DNA of 64,000 nucleotides from a virus, in IMG/VR virus record IMGVR_UViG_3300025141_014981, positions 12,290 through 76,289 of that record. One strand, written 5' to 3'. A program made the position numbers and the translations under genes. Shown here piece after piece: positions 10,203-22,116 of the stretch (position 1 is the first letter of the stretch; every line of letters begins with the position of its first letter). The notes under the pieces are model-generated. The model did not search any database, had not been told where the DNA came from, and worked only from the letters and a program-made list of their open reading frames with translations.

Positions 10203-10715
10203 TTATGTATAAATTTTTCTGGTGTATATTTGATGTTGTAGTCGTTTATCACTGGCATTTTTATACTTTTGCCACCCCTTCCATTCATCTTTACTGAGTT
10301 CTGGAAATTTTATCGTATCACCTTCAATTGTTTCTGGTATATATGTAAGATCAATCAATTGTGCATGCTTAAGAGCCTCTTTATAAATTGAAGCACCACC
10401 GATAAACCACGCATGATCTTTATCATTTATGCCCTTTATTTCTTCATGGAAAAGTAATGCATCTTCTATTGAGCGACTTATACATGCACCATTAAATTTT
10501 TTAGAATATTCTTCACTAGTAATGACAATATTGTATCGCCACTTAAGTGGCTTGCATCCCATTGATTCCCATGTTTTTCTACCCATTATGACTGTGCATC
10601 CTAATGTCAATCTCTTAAATCTCTTAAGGTCAATGGGGTATGACTCTACCCACGGAAGCTTATTATCTTTCCCAATCACACCATTCTCAGATATTGCTGC
10701 TATTATGTTCAGCAT
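10203..10715 (-). CDS. folA: Dihydrofolate reductase
   Basis: IIAAISENGVIGKDNKLPW, VIMGRKTWES, FIGGASIY, GDTIKFP. Confidence 0.95.
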   Translation of the reverse strand: MLNIIAAISENGVIGKDNKLPWVESYPIDLKRFKRLTLGCTVIMGRKTWESMGCKPLKWRYNIVITSEEYSKKFNGACISRSIEDALLFHEEIKGINDKDHAWFIGGASIYKEALKHAQLIDLTYIPETIEGDTIKFPELSKDEWKGWQKYKNASDKRLQHQIYTRKIYT

Positions 10716-11431
10716 GCCAGCTCTTCATATGCATTAATTGTTGCCGGCCATAATTCTTTTGCTATTGTCAATAATGCTTCTGCAACCTTTTGGATTTCCC
10801 ATTGTGCACCTTCATGTGTTCTAAGATTGATAAACTTAAGAAGATTGCTCAAGTTTACTGTGCCATAATATTCTGTGTATAAATTCTGTGGGAGAACGCC
10901 CCTTGCTTGCTCTCTACAAACACCAGCAATAATCAATGACTCATAAAGATACAAAGCACCTTGATGAAGTTCTTTCACTGCTTCGGAAGCAGTGTACCCA
11001 CATGTAGATTCATCCCATTGAAATGATACCTTAGGATCAATTAAATCACTTTCATTGCTCGCCTGTCGATTAGTTTCGTGTTGTGTCCTAAATACGTTTG
11101 GTTCATAAAATCTCATATCAATATCCGTATATCTTCTTGATATTTCGTTATAAGACCATGTTCGATGTCTATGATGTTGTGATCTGATAAATAGTGGGAC
11201 GATAAATTTAAATGTTGCACCACAATGTTCTAATGTTGATGTATGCTTGTGCTCAATTAAGTACTTGATAAGTTTCTTGTCACGCTTTGTTATATCTTGA
11301 TGCTCAATACCGAAGCTAACCCTTGCTGCATTGACAACTGTTAGATCGGTACCATAGTGTTGAATTAACTTGACACAGCCAATATCATCACCATAAAGTT
11401 TTATTGATCTATTTAGATGTTCGTCATTCAT
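10709..11431 (-). CDS. thyX: FAD-dependent thymidylate synthase
   Basis: VNAARVS, HTSTLEH, RHRTWSYNEISRRY, REQARGVLP, AQWEI. Confidence 0.95.
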   Translation of the reverse strand: MNDEHLNRSIKLYGDDIGCVKLIQHYGTDLTVVNAARVSFGIEHQDITKRDKKLIKYLIEHKHTSTLEHCGATFKFIVPLFIRSQHHRHRTWSYNEISRRYTDIDMRFYEPNVFRTQHETNRQASNESDLIDPKVSFQWDESTCGYTASEAVKELHQGALYLYESLIIAGVCREQARGVLPQNLYTEYYGTVNLSNLLKFINLRTHEGAQWEIQKVAEALLTIAKELWPATINAYEELAC

Positions 11432-11608
11432 TATTGTATCTCTAGAATAACGTCGCCACGATTTAATTTTATTATTCTTTTACACTGGTTACTTCTATTA
11501 TCTCTTGTTCCAATCCATACTTCATAGCTTTCATCAGTGACAGGATTAATTTCAGGCAATCCTTTAACGTAATTTTTTAATTCTTTAATTGTAATTCCAT
11601 TGAAATTT

Positions 11609-11989
11609 TCAAACATTGCCTTCCTTGTCAATTATACTCTTGTTATCATTTGTGAATAGATCCCATGGCGAGATATATAATTTTCCAATTTTGTAATCCG
11701 CGTATATGACAAGTCGCTTTTGCCAGTATATCTTGATATTATCATCTATTGTCCGTAATTCAACATAATAACAAGAATCATTGTCAATTCTATATTTTTC
11801 TTCATCAGGTATGAAATACGTATCTTCAATTAGATTATCAAATTCAAATTCAATATATGGACCACGTTCACCGACTACAACTCTATCATAGTTTGTTAAT
11901 ACATGTTGTCCTGAGTTTGTGTATAAGTTGAATTGATTCTTGTCATTTACAAGAGGTATTTGTAAACGCTCTTCATACGATGTTTTCAT
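11609..11989 (-). CDS. Hypothetical protein
   Basis: 126-aa ORF in a coupled gene run. Confidence 0.5.
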   Translation of the reverse strand: MKTSYEERLQIPLVNDKNQFNLYTNSGQHVLTNYDRVVVGERGPYIEFEFDNLIEDTYFIPDEEKYRIDNDSCYYVELRTIDDNIKIYWQKRLVIYADYKIGKLYISPWDLFTNDNKSIIDKEGNV

Positions 11990-12425
11990 TAATCTGCTTT
12001 TGCTATTATCAATGAATCACCTTTGATTTCTTTCGCAGCATCTCGAATAGATTTCATTTGATCTCTATTTTCAAGCTCTAATGCTAAAAGATTGACAATC
12101 TCGATAATTTGCCTTTGTGAAACACCAAACTTCATTATCTCACTAACAATGTTTCTACACTCATCTTTCTCTAAAAGATCTTCTTGTGCTTTAGTTATCA
12201 ACCCCTTTGGGATATCTTTGATAATTTCTTGTGTCATTACTTACTTAATAATTCATCTTTGAATAAGTTATCAAAAAACTCAATCAAAGATTTGACATCA
12301 ACTTTAACTTCATGATTAATCCAAATTTTGTCTTTAGCTTCTTGACCAAATTTTGAATACAAGCTTATTATAGTATTACGAAATGTATGTAATTTTTCTA
12401 CTTCTGTCGGTCTCATAGTGTGCTC

Positions 12426-12902
12426 CTAGTGATTTGATTTCCAATATTCAATACTATATTTGAACTCATCATGAATCTTTAACAACTTACCTTCATGATG
12501 AGTGCTGACATCATCTTTGATTTCATCCTTAGTTAATACTAGAAATGGTGTTATGCTATTATTTTTCCATACTCTATTGTCTATAATATATTTTGCTTCC
12601 TCAAATGTGTATAATTCACAATTGTAGTCATTCAATATTGTAACAAGTTTTTCTGGTAGAAATATAGATAAATCATCTTTACTTACTATATTTTCAGATT
12701 CAGAATCAATAATTTCACTTTTACATATTTCATAGACTCTATGTGTTATTCCACAATATGAACATTTTGTCAACTTAGGTATTACGTTTCCATCACCATC
12801 TAGCAATGAAAATACTATAAACGAAAAAAATGGTGGATTGCTAAGTCTACGGTGTTGTGTTAATATACACCGACATGTTATTATATGCTTTTGTGTATCC
12901 AT
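12426..12902 (-). CDS. Hypothetical Cys-containing protein
   Basis: CRC and CSYC motifs, 158 aa. Confidence 0.5.
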   Translation of the reverse strand: MDTQKHIITCRCILTQHRRLSNPPFFSFIVFSLLDGDGNVIPKLTKCSYCGITHRVYEICKSEIIDSESENIVSKDDLSIFLPEKLVTILNDYNCELYTFEEAKYIIDNRVWKNNSITPFLVLTKDEIKDDVSTHHEGKLLKIHDEFKYSIEYWKSNH

Positions 12903-13846
12903 TTGTCAATCAATATTATTCATTATTTGAGTAAACATATTTATACCACTATTCTTCCAGTAGATATCTTTTAATTCACTATCATCCATTTCTATATTAA
13001 TGATATAGTTGAGCCTAATGAAATACTCATTTAGACTTTCTATGATTGACTCTTTATTACACGTTAGCTTCCCATCTTTACATGCAACAGACCAAAGTTT
13101 CATTGCGTTTAAAACAATTTTTGTTCTTGTTGGACAATTGCTAGGGATTTTTGATTCTGATATGTGGTTGATTATATCGATGAATTCATGATTGCCAGAA
13201 TACGGCAAGTTTGACTTGGTAATTGCTTGGGTAAGCAACATTTATTTGTTATCTCTCGATAAAATACGTTCTCTAATACTTTGAGGTTGTGAAGCTTGTT
13301 GCAATTGCTTATTTATTAGTGATGCCTTTAATTCTTCACGTTCACTCTTTATAGATTCTTTTATAGAGTTAAAGTCGCTTGCCATATCACGATATACTTT
13401 ATCTAAAGTTATACTCATCCTCTTGGTTATGACACCCATATCTTGCTCAGATACATCGATATTACCTTCAACATTCAAAGCAAGCAATGTACTACCTAAT
13501 TGTTGCTTTGCATATGCAAGTGTTTCATTTAGTTTAGCAAGTAAGTTATTTTCTGCACTCATGTATATTTTTCTCCTTTAGTGTTTTAATGTTTTCAACT
13601 TCATTCATACACTGTTCCATTATTTCTATATCATTTTGTGCACAATATAAAATAAGCTTGAGCATTTTGTTGCTTGGTATGCAATCTACAAACTCTTCCA
13701 GTGTCAATGCTGTGTTTTTTTCGTTGACATTAATGTCTTCTATAGCAACGAAAATTGTTGCTATGATATTTGGTAACCTTTCTTTGATTTTACTAGTTTT
13801 TATAAAGTCATATATATCGACTTTGTTATGTGCTGTCATAATCATA

Positions 13847-15460
13847 TTAAACATCTTCGTTATTGATAATAAGTGTATCAGTTGTTAACAACAAGCCAGT
13901 TACCGATACAGCATTCTCTAGTGCACACCTCTCTACTTTGGTTGGGTCTATGATTCCAGCATCATACATATTTACATATTTACCAGTTAACGTGTTAAAC
14001 CCATCAAAGTTGTCACGCTTTTGTTTATTTTTAAGTCGTCGCTCTATTTCTTTAGAATTATGACCAGCGTTTCTATTAATCTGTGTAAACGGTGCTTTAC
14101 ATGATTTAATTACAAGCTGATGCCCGGCACATAAGCTTTTATCATCTCCTACATCATAATCTTTTTCAGACAAATCATTTGCTATTGTCAATAATGCTAA
14201 CCCACCACCCTTCACGATGCCCTCATCTACAGCAGCTTGCGTAGCATTTAATGCATCTTCAATCCTCGCAACTTTCTCTTTCAGTTCAGCTTCGGTAAAT
14301 GCGCCAACTTTGATAACTGCTATTCCACCTGATAGTGCGGCAATTCTATATTTAAGGCTTTCAACTTCTCTATCGGCTAGGCCATCTTGATTTAGTTGTT
14401 CCTTTAAAAGAGTGATCCTATTAGACAATGCCTCTTCATTACATGAACCATCTACAACAGTAGTTGTGGATTTTGATACAATTATTCTTCGTGCCGTTCC
14501 TAATGCCTCTGGATCAAAATCAGCCGTGAAGTCTTTATCGATATTATCATCGAAGTATCTTGCACCTGTTATGACAGCAAGATCTTGTAAGATCTTTTCA
14601 CGTTGCTCTCCAAATGATGGTGCCCTTACGGCACACACCTTGATTGCCCCACGCATTTTGTTGATGACTAATGCATTAAGTGCTTCACCCTCTATGTCAC
14701 CAGCGACAATCAATAGCTCTCTTCCAAGTTTTACAGAGCCTTCTAAAATAGGAACCAACTCAGCCATCTTAGTAAACTTTTTATTTGTCACTAATATAAG
14801 CGGCTCTGCAAATACAGCTTCTTCCCTTTCAGGATTTGTAATAAAAAAGTGTGATGCATAACCTCTGTCAAAGCGTATACCTTGAACAATTTCTAATCTT
14901 GTTTCAAAGTTATTTGATTCCTCTATTGTTATAACACCCTCTTTTCCAACCTCACGCATTGCATTTGCTATGACACTGCCAATTACTTTATCATTGTTTG
15001 CTGATATAGTGCCGACATGTTCAACCTCTGTGTAGGAGGATATTTCAGTTGACTGTTCTTGTAATGCTTGAGTTACATCTATTAGTGCCATATCCATGCC
15101 ACGTTTGAGCATTACTGGATCATGACCCTGGTCAATTAATTTGTTTCCATTCATTAATAAGTCATGCGCTAGCACTGTTGCTGTTGTTGTACCATCACCA
15201 GCTGTTTCACTTGTTCTAGTTGCAACCTCTCTAACTAATTGCGCACCTAAGTTTTCAAATTTATCTTCTAAGACAATTGATTCTGCAACTGTTACACCAT
15301 CCTTTGTGACAAGTTGACTTTGATCTGATCTTTGTATGACTACATTTCTGCCCTTTGGACCTAAAGTGCTTTTCACTGCTTTTGTTAATTTAGTTGCTCC
15401 GCTTAAAAGTTTGCTTCTTGCATCGTCTTCAAATAATAATTCATTGAAATTATTTATCAT
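13847..15460 (-). CDS. groEL: Chaperonin GroEL
   Basis: [43 protein letters not shown]; no GGM tail. Confidence 0.97.
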   Translation of the reverse strand: MINNFNELLFEDDARSKLLSGATKLTKAVKSTLGPKGRNVVIQRSDQSQLVTKDGVTVAESIVLEDKFENLGAQLVREVATRTSETAGDGTTTATVLAHDLLMNGNKLIDQGHDPVMLKRGMDMALIDVTQALQEQSTEISSYTEVEHVGTISANNDKVIGSVIANAMREVGKEGVITIEESNNFETRLEIVQGIRFDRGYASHFFITNPEREEAVFAEPLILVTNKKFTKMAELVPILEGSVKLGRELLIVAGDIEGEALNALVINKMRGAIKVCAVRAPSFGEQREKILQDLAVITGARYFDDNIDKDFTADFDPEALGTARRIIVSKSTTTVVDGSCNEEALSNRITLLKEQLNQDGLADREVESLKYRIAALSGGIAVIKVGAFTEAELKEKVARIEDALNATQAAVDEGIVKGGGLALLTIANDLSEKDYDVGDDKSLCAGHQLVIKSCKAPFTQINRNAGHNSKEIERRLKNKQKRDNFDGFNTLTGKYVNMYDAGIIDPTKVERCALENAVSVTGLLLTTDTLIINNEDV

Positions 15461-15683
15461 ATTATACCTTTATATTTATTGTAAATCTAGTCTTTTCATC
15501 AGAAATTGTACACGCATTATTTATCATTATTCTTACGTAATTTATTCAAGTCACCAATAATTCCGATAGCTATCAAAGTCATATTCATATATGCTAATAT
15601 TTTTAATGACTCTATTTGTAGTTGTTCATGAGCACCTAGTAGAAATATATTAGCAAAGATGCATATAGAATATAAAGCAATCT

Positions 15684-16148
15684 TTATTCCAAACATTGTT
15701 CCATCATATAACCAGCATAGGTTTTCTTAAGCCTGTTACTGAAGCGTTTCAATGAGTGTGCCCATTTTTTAGATTTGTTACCACACTCATTTCCAGCATT
15801 GTAATGGCAAATCCAATCATATCTTCTTTTATAGCGCTTCTTCCACCATGCAGCCATGAAGTTTCCAGCTTCCGCACCTTTTGAATATGATGCGTTCATT
15901 TCTTTGCAAGAGTAGACATGCCACCTTGGAATGACTTGTAGCACACCACATGCTCCAGCTCTTGACACAACATCTCTTCTATGTTTAGATTCATACCATG
16001 CAAGTGAAACCATTTCAAAGGGATCGTTTCCATATCTTTCAGCATGATATACAATTTGTTGTACACTCTCGTGCACTTGTTCATGTTCTAAATGTGTTAT
16101 GTTTGTGTTAAACAAAAGTGCTGCTGTCAACATTAATGTATCTATCAT
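15684..16148 (-). CDS. SLT-type lytic transglycosylase
   Basis: YES...VVSRAGACGVLQV...HYNAG. Confidence 0.8.
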   Translation of the reverse strand: MIDTLMLTAALLFNTNITHLEHEQVHESVQQIVYHAERYGNDPFEMVSLAWYESKHRRDVVSRAGACGVLQVIPRWHVYSCKEMNASYSKGAEAGNFMAAWWKKRYKRRYDWICHYNAGNECGNKSKKWAHSLKRFSNRLKKTYAGYMMEQCLE

Positions 16149-17137
16149 ATTGTTACTTTGCTTGAGCTAAATGTTACTTTCACAGAATTGTGATCTTTAA
16201 TCCATTGTTGCATTTCTATTATGTTGTTAAATTCAAGTTCTTCATTGTTGACAATTAATTTGTATACACCAACTTCTTCCATGACATCAATCTTATTAAT
16301 AATCATTTCTGTGACGCCATTAGCTTTTTGTGCTTTAAGCAATGCATTCCAGTTTAACCAATTGCATTGTCGGGGACGACCGGTCGTTGCACCATATTCA
16401 CCACCAGCCTCTCTAATAGTATCAAATATCGAATCGTTTGGTTCAAAATCTTTAGCACCAACATAAGTGTCATATATCTTAGCAAGGCCAAATACATGTC
16501 TGATAGATTGTGGTGGGACACCGGTACTAAATATGCCACCTATAGTTGGTGATGAGCAAGTTACGTAGGGATAGTCACCAAAATTAATATCTAATTCATG
16601 ACCTTGTGCGCCCTCAAATAAGATAATATTATCAGGCTTATTAAGAATATCAGTAGTATCAACTAAAAATTCTTTTAATGATGCTATATCTTCAGCACGC
16701 TTGCCAGTTCTTGCAAATTTTGATGTATATGCCGGGCCAACGCCCTTGCGACATGAACCGATTCTTACATCTTTACTATCTTCTGTAATATGATCATCTG
16801 TTATTATATGCGTGTTATACGCAATTTTAATATTTTCATATGCTTCTTTGACGCCGGCTTTTACTAAGTAGTCACCTTCCTCAAAGAAGCCTCTTTCATT
16901 TAAGACACAACCACCTCCAATTACAGATGTAATATTATGAAAAACACCCACAGGCCAGCTATGTGTTACTAGCTTTTTGCCTTTATGATAAATTGTATGT
17001 CCAGCGTTTGGACCACCTTGCCAGCGTACCACATAGTCATAATCACTATCTTTAGTAAGGCAATATGTAACCTTGCCTTTTCCACAATCACCGTAGCGCA
17101 AGTCTATAACTACATCTGCAATAGGAAACTTATTCAT
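16145..17137 (-). CDS. purA: Adenylosuccinate synthetase (short form)
   Basis: GDCGKGK, GGPNAGHT, FEGAQG, GDYPYVT, EYGATTGRPR. Confidence 0.92.
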   Translation of the reverse strand: MNKFPIADVVIDLRYGDCGKGKVTYCLTKDSDYDYVVRWQGGPNAGHTIYHKGKKLVTHSWPVGVFHNITSVIGGGCVLNERGFFEEGDYLVKAGVKEAYENIKIAYNTHIITDDHITEDSKDVRIGSCRKGVGPAYTSKFARTGKRAEDIASLKEFLVDTTDILNKPDNIILFEGAQGHELDINFGDYPYVTCSSPTIGGIFSTGVPPQSIRHVFGLAKIYDTYVGAKDFEPNDSIFDTIREAGGEYGATTGRPRQCNWLNWNALLKAQKANGVTEMIINKIDVMEEVGVYKLIVNNEELEFNNIIEMQQWIKDHNSVKVTFSSSKVTI

Positions 17138-17155
17138 TACTTCTCCACTCAGTAT

Positions 17156-17659
17156 TTATTGTATTTTATGTTTTGGTGTTAGTTTAAAAAATGCCATATG
17201 AACTGTGTTCGTTTGACCTTCTATTGGTGGGTCTTGTATCTTTGTAAGCACACCCAAGTACTCACTTTTAAACTCTTCTTCTAATTCAAGCTCTTGTGTT
17301 CGAAAATATGTTGCAACTGCAGTTGCTAAGACAACCTCATCATCATTTAACTCTGGACCCCACACAACTAAAAGCATTCTTTCATTTTCAAAACAATTAT
17401 TAAGTTGAACTATCATGTAATGCTTGCCAAAAGCTCTTGCTATAGCTGGTGCATCTGCTGGAGGGCAATTTGCAGACAAATATTCAACTGTGGGAATATT
17501 TGATTTTGCTTCTACTACAATAGCCTCTGTATCTGACGTTGGTTTTGAATGTGCTCTACAGGATACATTTATGCCACAAGATATTGATAGTGCTAATATT
17601 GTTAGAATTACTAGTTTTTTCATGTCACTCCTAAATTTCATTAAAAAGATACTTATCAA
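17156..17659 (-). CDS. Hypothetical lipoprotein-like protein
   Basis: MKKLVILTILALSISC signal/lipobox-like segment. Confidence 0.45.
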   Translation of the reverse strand: MISIFLMKFRSDMKKLVILTILALSISCGINVSCRAHSKPTSDTEAIVVEAKSNIPTVEYLSANCPPADAPAIARAFGKHYMIVQLNNCFENERMLLVVWGPELNDDEVVLATAVATYFRTQELELEEEFKSEYLGVLTKIQDPPIEGQTNTVHMAFFKLTPKHKIQ

Positions 17660-18683
17660 ATAAGTTCATTTGTTCTATCTTACCGGTAAGAGCATACACA
17701 GTTGCAGCGAGTGAGCTTATTATGCTGTTTCCGTCTTGGGGTGTAAAGCAAAAGCCAGTCACTGTTGTTGAATGCATTGTCTCATTGACAACAATAGAAT
17801 TTTCAATGAAAACTGCTTGATTCAAGATTCTTCCATAATATCCATGATCTCTACCAAATGAAAATACTCTTGCTGAATCTTGCTTTTGAGTCAATGCAGC
17901 AAATTTGTTTTCACGAATCCTGTTGACAATATGATTTTTTGTTAGATTGCTTTCATCTATAGAAAGTTTGAATCTTATTGTATGCATGTATTGTGTGTTT
18001 TGTTTAAGCGCACTAGAAAAAAGCTCGATATCTTTATCTAATGTTTTAAATAAATCATGTGCATCTTTTGCATGATGTGTTCCAAAGATATTATTTTCAT
18101 GTAAACTTATAACAGGTGATGGTACGAATCCTGTCTCTTGGCTAATATCATTAGCTCTTCGTATGCAGACAAAGTCACCATCTAATACTTTTGATAAATT
18201 TCGTGGAATAGTCTTTAAAATACACGCAATGTTGTGTGTATTACAACTTACTATCTGTATAAACTTATGATCCCCCTTTAAGGCAGAATCATTGACACCA
18301 TGTGCGTATGGCACACCAAAACCCTTCTCAGAACCTTGTGCTATGAATACAGTCTTAGGGTTAAACATTTTACTCAAATAGAGTTCTTTGTTCTTATTTC
18401 CTGCGGGTGTGCAGTCGATGACAACATCAGAGTTCATTATAGCATCAATTTTGCTAGCATGAACTTCATGACCTAATTTTTTGAATTTATCAATTGATTC
18501 AATATCAGTGACCAATTTAGCACCGCGATTAATAAAGTTATTGACCCTAGCTACTTCATGCCGTAATGGCGTACGCTTATGAAAATAAACATCAATATTC
18601 AATTGATCACGAAAGTCTGCAAGAAACCCTATCAAGGGTGATCCTATTGTCCCTGTTCCAATTACCAATACATTTTTCTTCAT
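17631..18683 (-). CDS. Archaeal type II GAPDH-like dehydrogenase
   Basis: GTGTIG Rossmann motif, DVVIDCTP, QGSEK, VSCNT catalytic Cys, RRAND, THHAKD. Confidence 0.75.
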   Translation of the reverse strand: MKKNVLVIGTGTIGSPLIGFLADFRDQLNIDVYFHKRTPLRHEVARVNNFINRGAKLVTDIESIDKFKKLGHEVHASKIDAIMNSDVVIDCTPAGNKNKELYLSKMFNPKTVFIAQGSEKGFGVPYAHGVNDSALKGDHKFIQIVSCNTHNIACILKTIPRNLSKVLDGDFVCIRRANDISQETGFVPSPVISLHENNIFGTHHAKDAHDLFKTLDKDIELFSSALKQNTQYMHTIRFKLSIDESNLTKNHIVNRIRENKFAALTQKQDSARVFSFGRDHGYYGRILNQAVFIENSIVVNETMHSTTVTGFCFTPQDGNSIISSLAATVYALTGKIEQMNLFDKYLFNEI

Positions 18684-19277
18684 AATATAATCACCTATTA
18701 CATTTTAACATGTATCTTAGATAAAGCACTTAATGATTTACGCATTTCTTTTTTATAATCAGTCTCAATTTCTGAGGCTAATTGTGCACGCATATAACCA
18801 ATAACTTTTCTTAATTCAGTTTTAGGTGTTATGCCTTTTACTTTTAATACATGTAATTCTTTGCCCTTCTCTTTAATAGTATTAAGCCAAGAACGAGCTT
18901 CTGAGTGTGTCTTAAATGAGCGTTGTCGATTTTTATTATCTTGAGCTCTGTAATTTCCTCTTGATGTCTTCCAGATTTGCCATGGATAGTGTCGCTCTTT
19001 ACGTCTGGCTTCTTTTATAGATTGTCTTGAATTGCTCATATTATATTTATATAGAACTAATCATCATTAATCAATTTCTTTTTAGCCCAAGCTGGCAACG
19101 AATACGTTAATTTCTTGTGAAGCCTTTTATGCAATCGCTTGGTTTCGATATCTAAAAGTCTATTATATTTTCTTGTTGTGACAGATTTAATGTTCTTTAT
19201 TTTGCTTTTACTTTTTTCATTGTGCTTGCCATTATTATCAATCATTGATAACAAGTCAGTTAATAAATCAGGGTTTT

Positions 19278-19835
19278 TCATAAGTAACCCTTTATTGCAT
19301 ATATAACATCATCCACATATGCATGGGCATATCTGTGGGCTGCTGGGTGATCTAATGATATGCATGCTGATGTCACCTTATCTTTATATGCAAACTGTCT
19401 GTATGCAAACTTTGATAGAAATACAACACACTTTGGTTTAGTTAGTTCAATTTCACATGCTAAAAGTTTTTGATCGGCACTGGTGACAATTGGTCGCTTG
19501 TTATTAGTCGTCCAATGCTTTACTATGTTTGTAACACCACCACTTTTATGAAAATCAATGTCAAGCTTATTGCACACATTGATAATAAATTTGACAAACA
19601 TTGACTTTACCCACGACTCTTTAAAGGCTGATTGTTGTTCATCATACGCTAAGTTAGTAAATTCATTAAATAACTTAATGTGGTCTTTTTGAAATGGAGC
19701 CCCGGGGTTTTGCCCCACAAATAAAATCTCAGTACCATTAATCATACCCATCAAGGGTATGATGCACTCATCACTAGATATATGTAACTTACTATCATAA
19801 TAAGCTTTGTAAAGAGTCTCTAGCTCTTCGCTCAT
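19278..19835 (-). CDS. Uracil-DNA glycosylase superfamily protein
   Basis: ILFVGQNPG, TNIVK, LDHPAA. Confidence 0.65.
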   Translation of the reverse strand: MSEELETLYKAYYDSKLHISSDECIIPLMGMINGTEILFVGQNPGAPFQKDHIKLFNEFTNLAYDEQQSAFKESWVKSMFVKFIINVCNKLDIDFHKSGGVTNIVKHWTTNNKRPIVTSADQKLLACEIELTKPKCVVFLSKFAYRQFAYKDKVTSACISLDHPAAHRYAHAYVDDVIYAIKGYL

Positions 19836-21211
19836 AAACTTACAGCGCTTTTCTTTGAATTCGAATTAAAACCAGCCGGCTGACTCACAGAATTATTAGC
19901 TTTTTTTGAATCAAATCCCGCTGAACGCTCTGACTTCTTAGTAACTGCTGTATTATAGTGTGTCAAGCATTGCTCTAAAGCTTCTTCTATATGTGCCTTG
20001 CCAAGTGCTTCCTTTGCGCTTAAAGCAATAATTACACTTTTGAAATAAATCTCTTTCATAAATGCCATTGACATCCCTTCACATTCTTGTGCAACATGTA
20101 ACAACATTGAGTTATCCTGGAAATCTTTCTTAAAGACTTTTTGTAGATACTCAAAGCGTAACTGAAGATTGGGAACTGAAAGTTCGATAATTGTATCAAA
20201 TCTAGATGGTCTATTTAAGAATGCAGAATCTAGATCTTCTGGGTAGTTGGCAGTTGCAAGAACTAACACACCATCTAACTCTTCAACACCGTCTAGGCAA
20301 TTGAATAAACAATCTTTAGTCACAGTACTGATTTGTTTCTCATGCTTGGAGAAGATTCTATCAATGTCTTCAAGTAAAAACAAAGATGGTGCATTTTCTT
20401 TTGCAGTTTTAAATGCTCTAGTGAGATCAGAATTACCTAATTGTGGATTACCAAAGTTGAATTGAACTATATTCAAGTCATATTGTGAAATTATGATCTT
20501 TGTCAAGAATGTCTTACCATTCCCAGGATAACCATGAATTAGTATTCCACGCTTGTAAGGGAACTTACGTTCTCTATACCATATTTCATTATGGTACCAA
20601 AAATCTACTGATTCTCTGATACTATCTCTGATATCAGGGGGAATGACTATATCACCCCAGTCATAACTAAGATTATTAACTGTGTAGTTTTCACCACCAT
20701 AGACCGTTACTAGCTTTTCTGTGGCACCAAGTTGACGTTTATATTCTTTGAACTCTTTAAGAAATGAGCCAAAAGCTTCAAGCTCACTTTCTTTTACAAG
20801 CCATACATTATATTGTACTTCAGTCTTGTCATTTTGATGACAAATAGTGTAATTATAAAAATTACACTTGCTGAAATTGATACGAAGTATTCCACCATTG
20901 ACAAAGTATTTAGCTTCAAAGAAAGACTTAAGGGATCCTCTCTTACGTTTCTTTTGTATAGAGACTTCATAACCATACTCAGAAAAACCTTCTAGGTTTA
21001 GAAAATCTACTTTCGTATCTTCAATACCTTTAGCAAACTTCTTTAAGTTTTCTGATTCACCAACAAACTCTTCACCAGATATCGTGAGCTTATAATCATC
21101 AGACAAAGAAAAGAATTCTTTAACAAGCTTAGTCTTTTCTATAACTTCTTCTCTTAGATTTTTATTTAAATTTTTAACTATAAATTTATTTTCTTGCAAC
21201 ACTATCTCCAA
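19832..21211 (-). CDS. AAA+ ATPase
   Basis: KRGILIHGYPGNGKT, LLEDID, LDGV, ATANYP, RPSRFD. Confidence 0.9.
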   Translation of the reverse strand: MEIVLQENKFIVKNLNKNLREEVIEKTKLVKEFFSLSDDYKLTISGEEFVGESENLKKFAKGIEDTKVDFLNLEGFSEYGYEVSIQKKRKRGSLKSFFEAKYFVNGGILRINFSKCNFYNYTICHQNDKTEVQYNVWLVKESELEAFGSFLKEFKEYKRQLGATEKLVTVYGGENYTVNNLSYDWGDIVIPPDIRDSIRESVDFWYHNEIWYRERKFPYKRGILIHGYPGNGKTFLTKIIISQYDLNIVQFNFGNPQLGNSDLTRAFKTAKENAPSLFLLEDIDRIFSKHEKQISTVTKDCLFNCLDGVEELDGVLVLATANYPEDLDSAFLNRPSRFDTIIELSVPNLQLRFEYLQKVFKKDFQDNSMLLHVAQECEGMSMAFMKEIYFKSVIIALSAKEALGKAHIEEALEQCLTHYNTAVTKKSERSAGFDSKKANNSVSQPAGFNSNSKKSAVSL

Positions 21212-21287
21212 ATAAAAATAAGAGAGACAAAACTCCCTCTCACCTTGCTTCTCTATTATTGTAATGATTTATGTACTGCTTGTACAA

Positions 21288-22040
21288 TTAATTCTGTAAG
21301 TATTTTGTTTCTTTTAACAAATTTTTAATTGCTTCTGAATGTAGTGCTACACTGGCATGTGGAAACCTACCATGTACACCAACTAATATACCTATCACTT
21401 CGAATCTCTTATTGTATACAGGGCTACCTGAATTACCGCCAGTAACTGGTATAGATAGCTCAATCATATTACTATCTACAGGATATCGTCTAACCATAAA
21501 ACCAGTTACCTTTGAAGGAAAATTTCCAAGTGGTGCACCTATAATTGATAATTTTTCACCCATTTCAGGAAGCTCTTTAGCAAGCTTTAGTGGGGTAAAT
21601 TTTCCATTAGTATTATAGATTCTAAAAACACATAAATCAGCAGCATCATCAATATGTAATACTTTACCTTTAAATGTCTCAGTTGTATCTATACTTGTTT
21701 GTTTAATCACCTTTAATCTATTACCATTACTTTTACAAAAATGCTTAACAGACAAACCAATGCTTGAATACTTTCCTTTTTTACTTTTAGAATTTTTTAT
21801 AACAAAACCAGTTGCTATTGATGTTCCTGTATTTTCATCACCATCCATGGAAAATAAAACATTTCTTTCTAGCATTACAACAGAATTAAATACTGGATCA
21901 ACAGTTGTGTCATCAATATTAATGACACTATAATGTGAGTTGTTTGTAACGTTCAATGGGTGCTCAGGTTGATCAACTGTAATGCAACTTGTTAATATTA
22001 AACTTATTAGGCACCCAAACATCATTACTACACGTTGCAT
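21288..22040 (-). CDS. Trypsin-like serine protease (lipoprotein signal)
   Basis: ATGF, KHFC (His), ADL (Asp), GNSGSP (Ser). Confidence 0.85.
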   Translation of the reverse strand: MQRVVMMFGCLISLILTSCITVDQPEHPLNVTNNSHYSVINIDDTTVDPVFNSVVMLERNVLFSMDGDENTGTSIATGFVIKNSKSKKGKYSSIGLSVKHFCKSNGNRLKVIKQTSIDTTETFKGKVLHIDDAADLCVFRIYNTNGKFTPLKLAKELPEMGEKLSIIGAPLGNFPSKVTGFMVRRYPVDSNMIELSIPVTGGNSGSPVYNKRFEVIGILVGVHGRFPHASVALHSEAIKNLLKETKYLQN

Positions 22041-22116
22041 ATATACTATATATTAGCTGTGCTACTATTTTTGTCAATTAACTAGTTTTTTATGTTTAAT
22101 AATCCTATATAATACT

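Noticed and set aside
16145-17137. PurZ / 2-aminoadenine (Z) genome pathway
   Set aside because: The catalytic Asp of PurA is retained (GDCGKG, not GSxGKG) and TTGRPR is PurA-like; no datZ or mazZ recognised nearby
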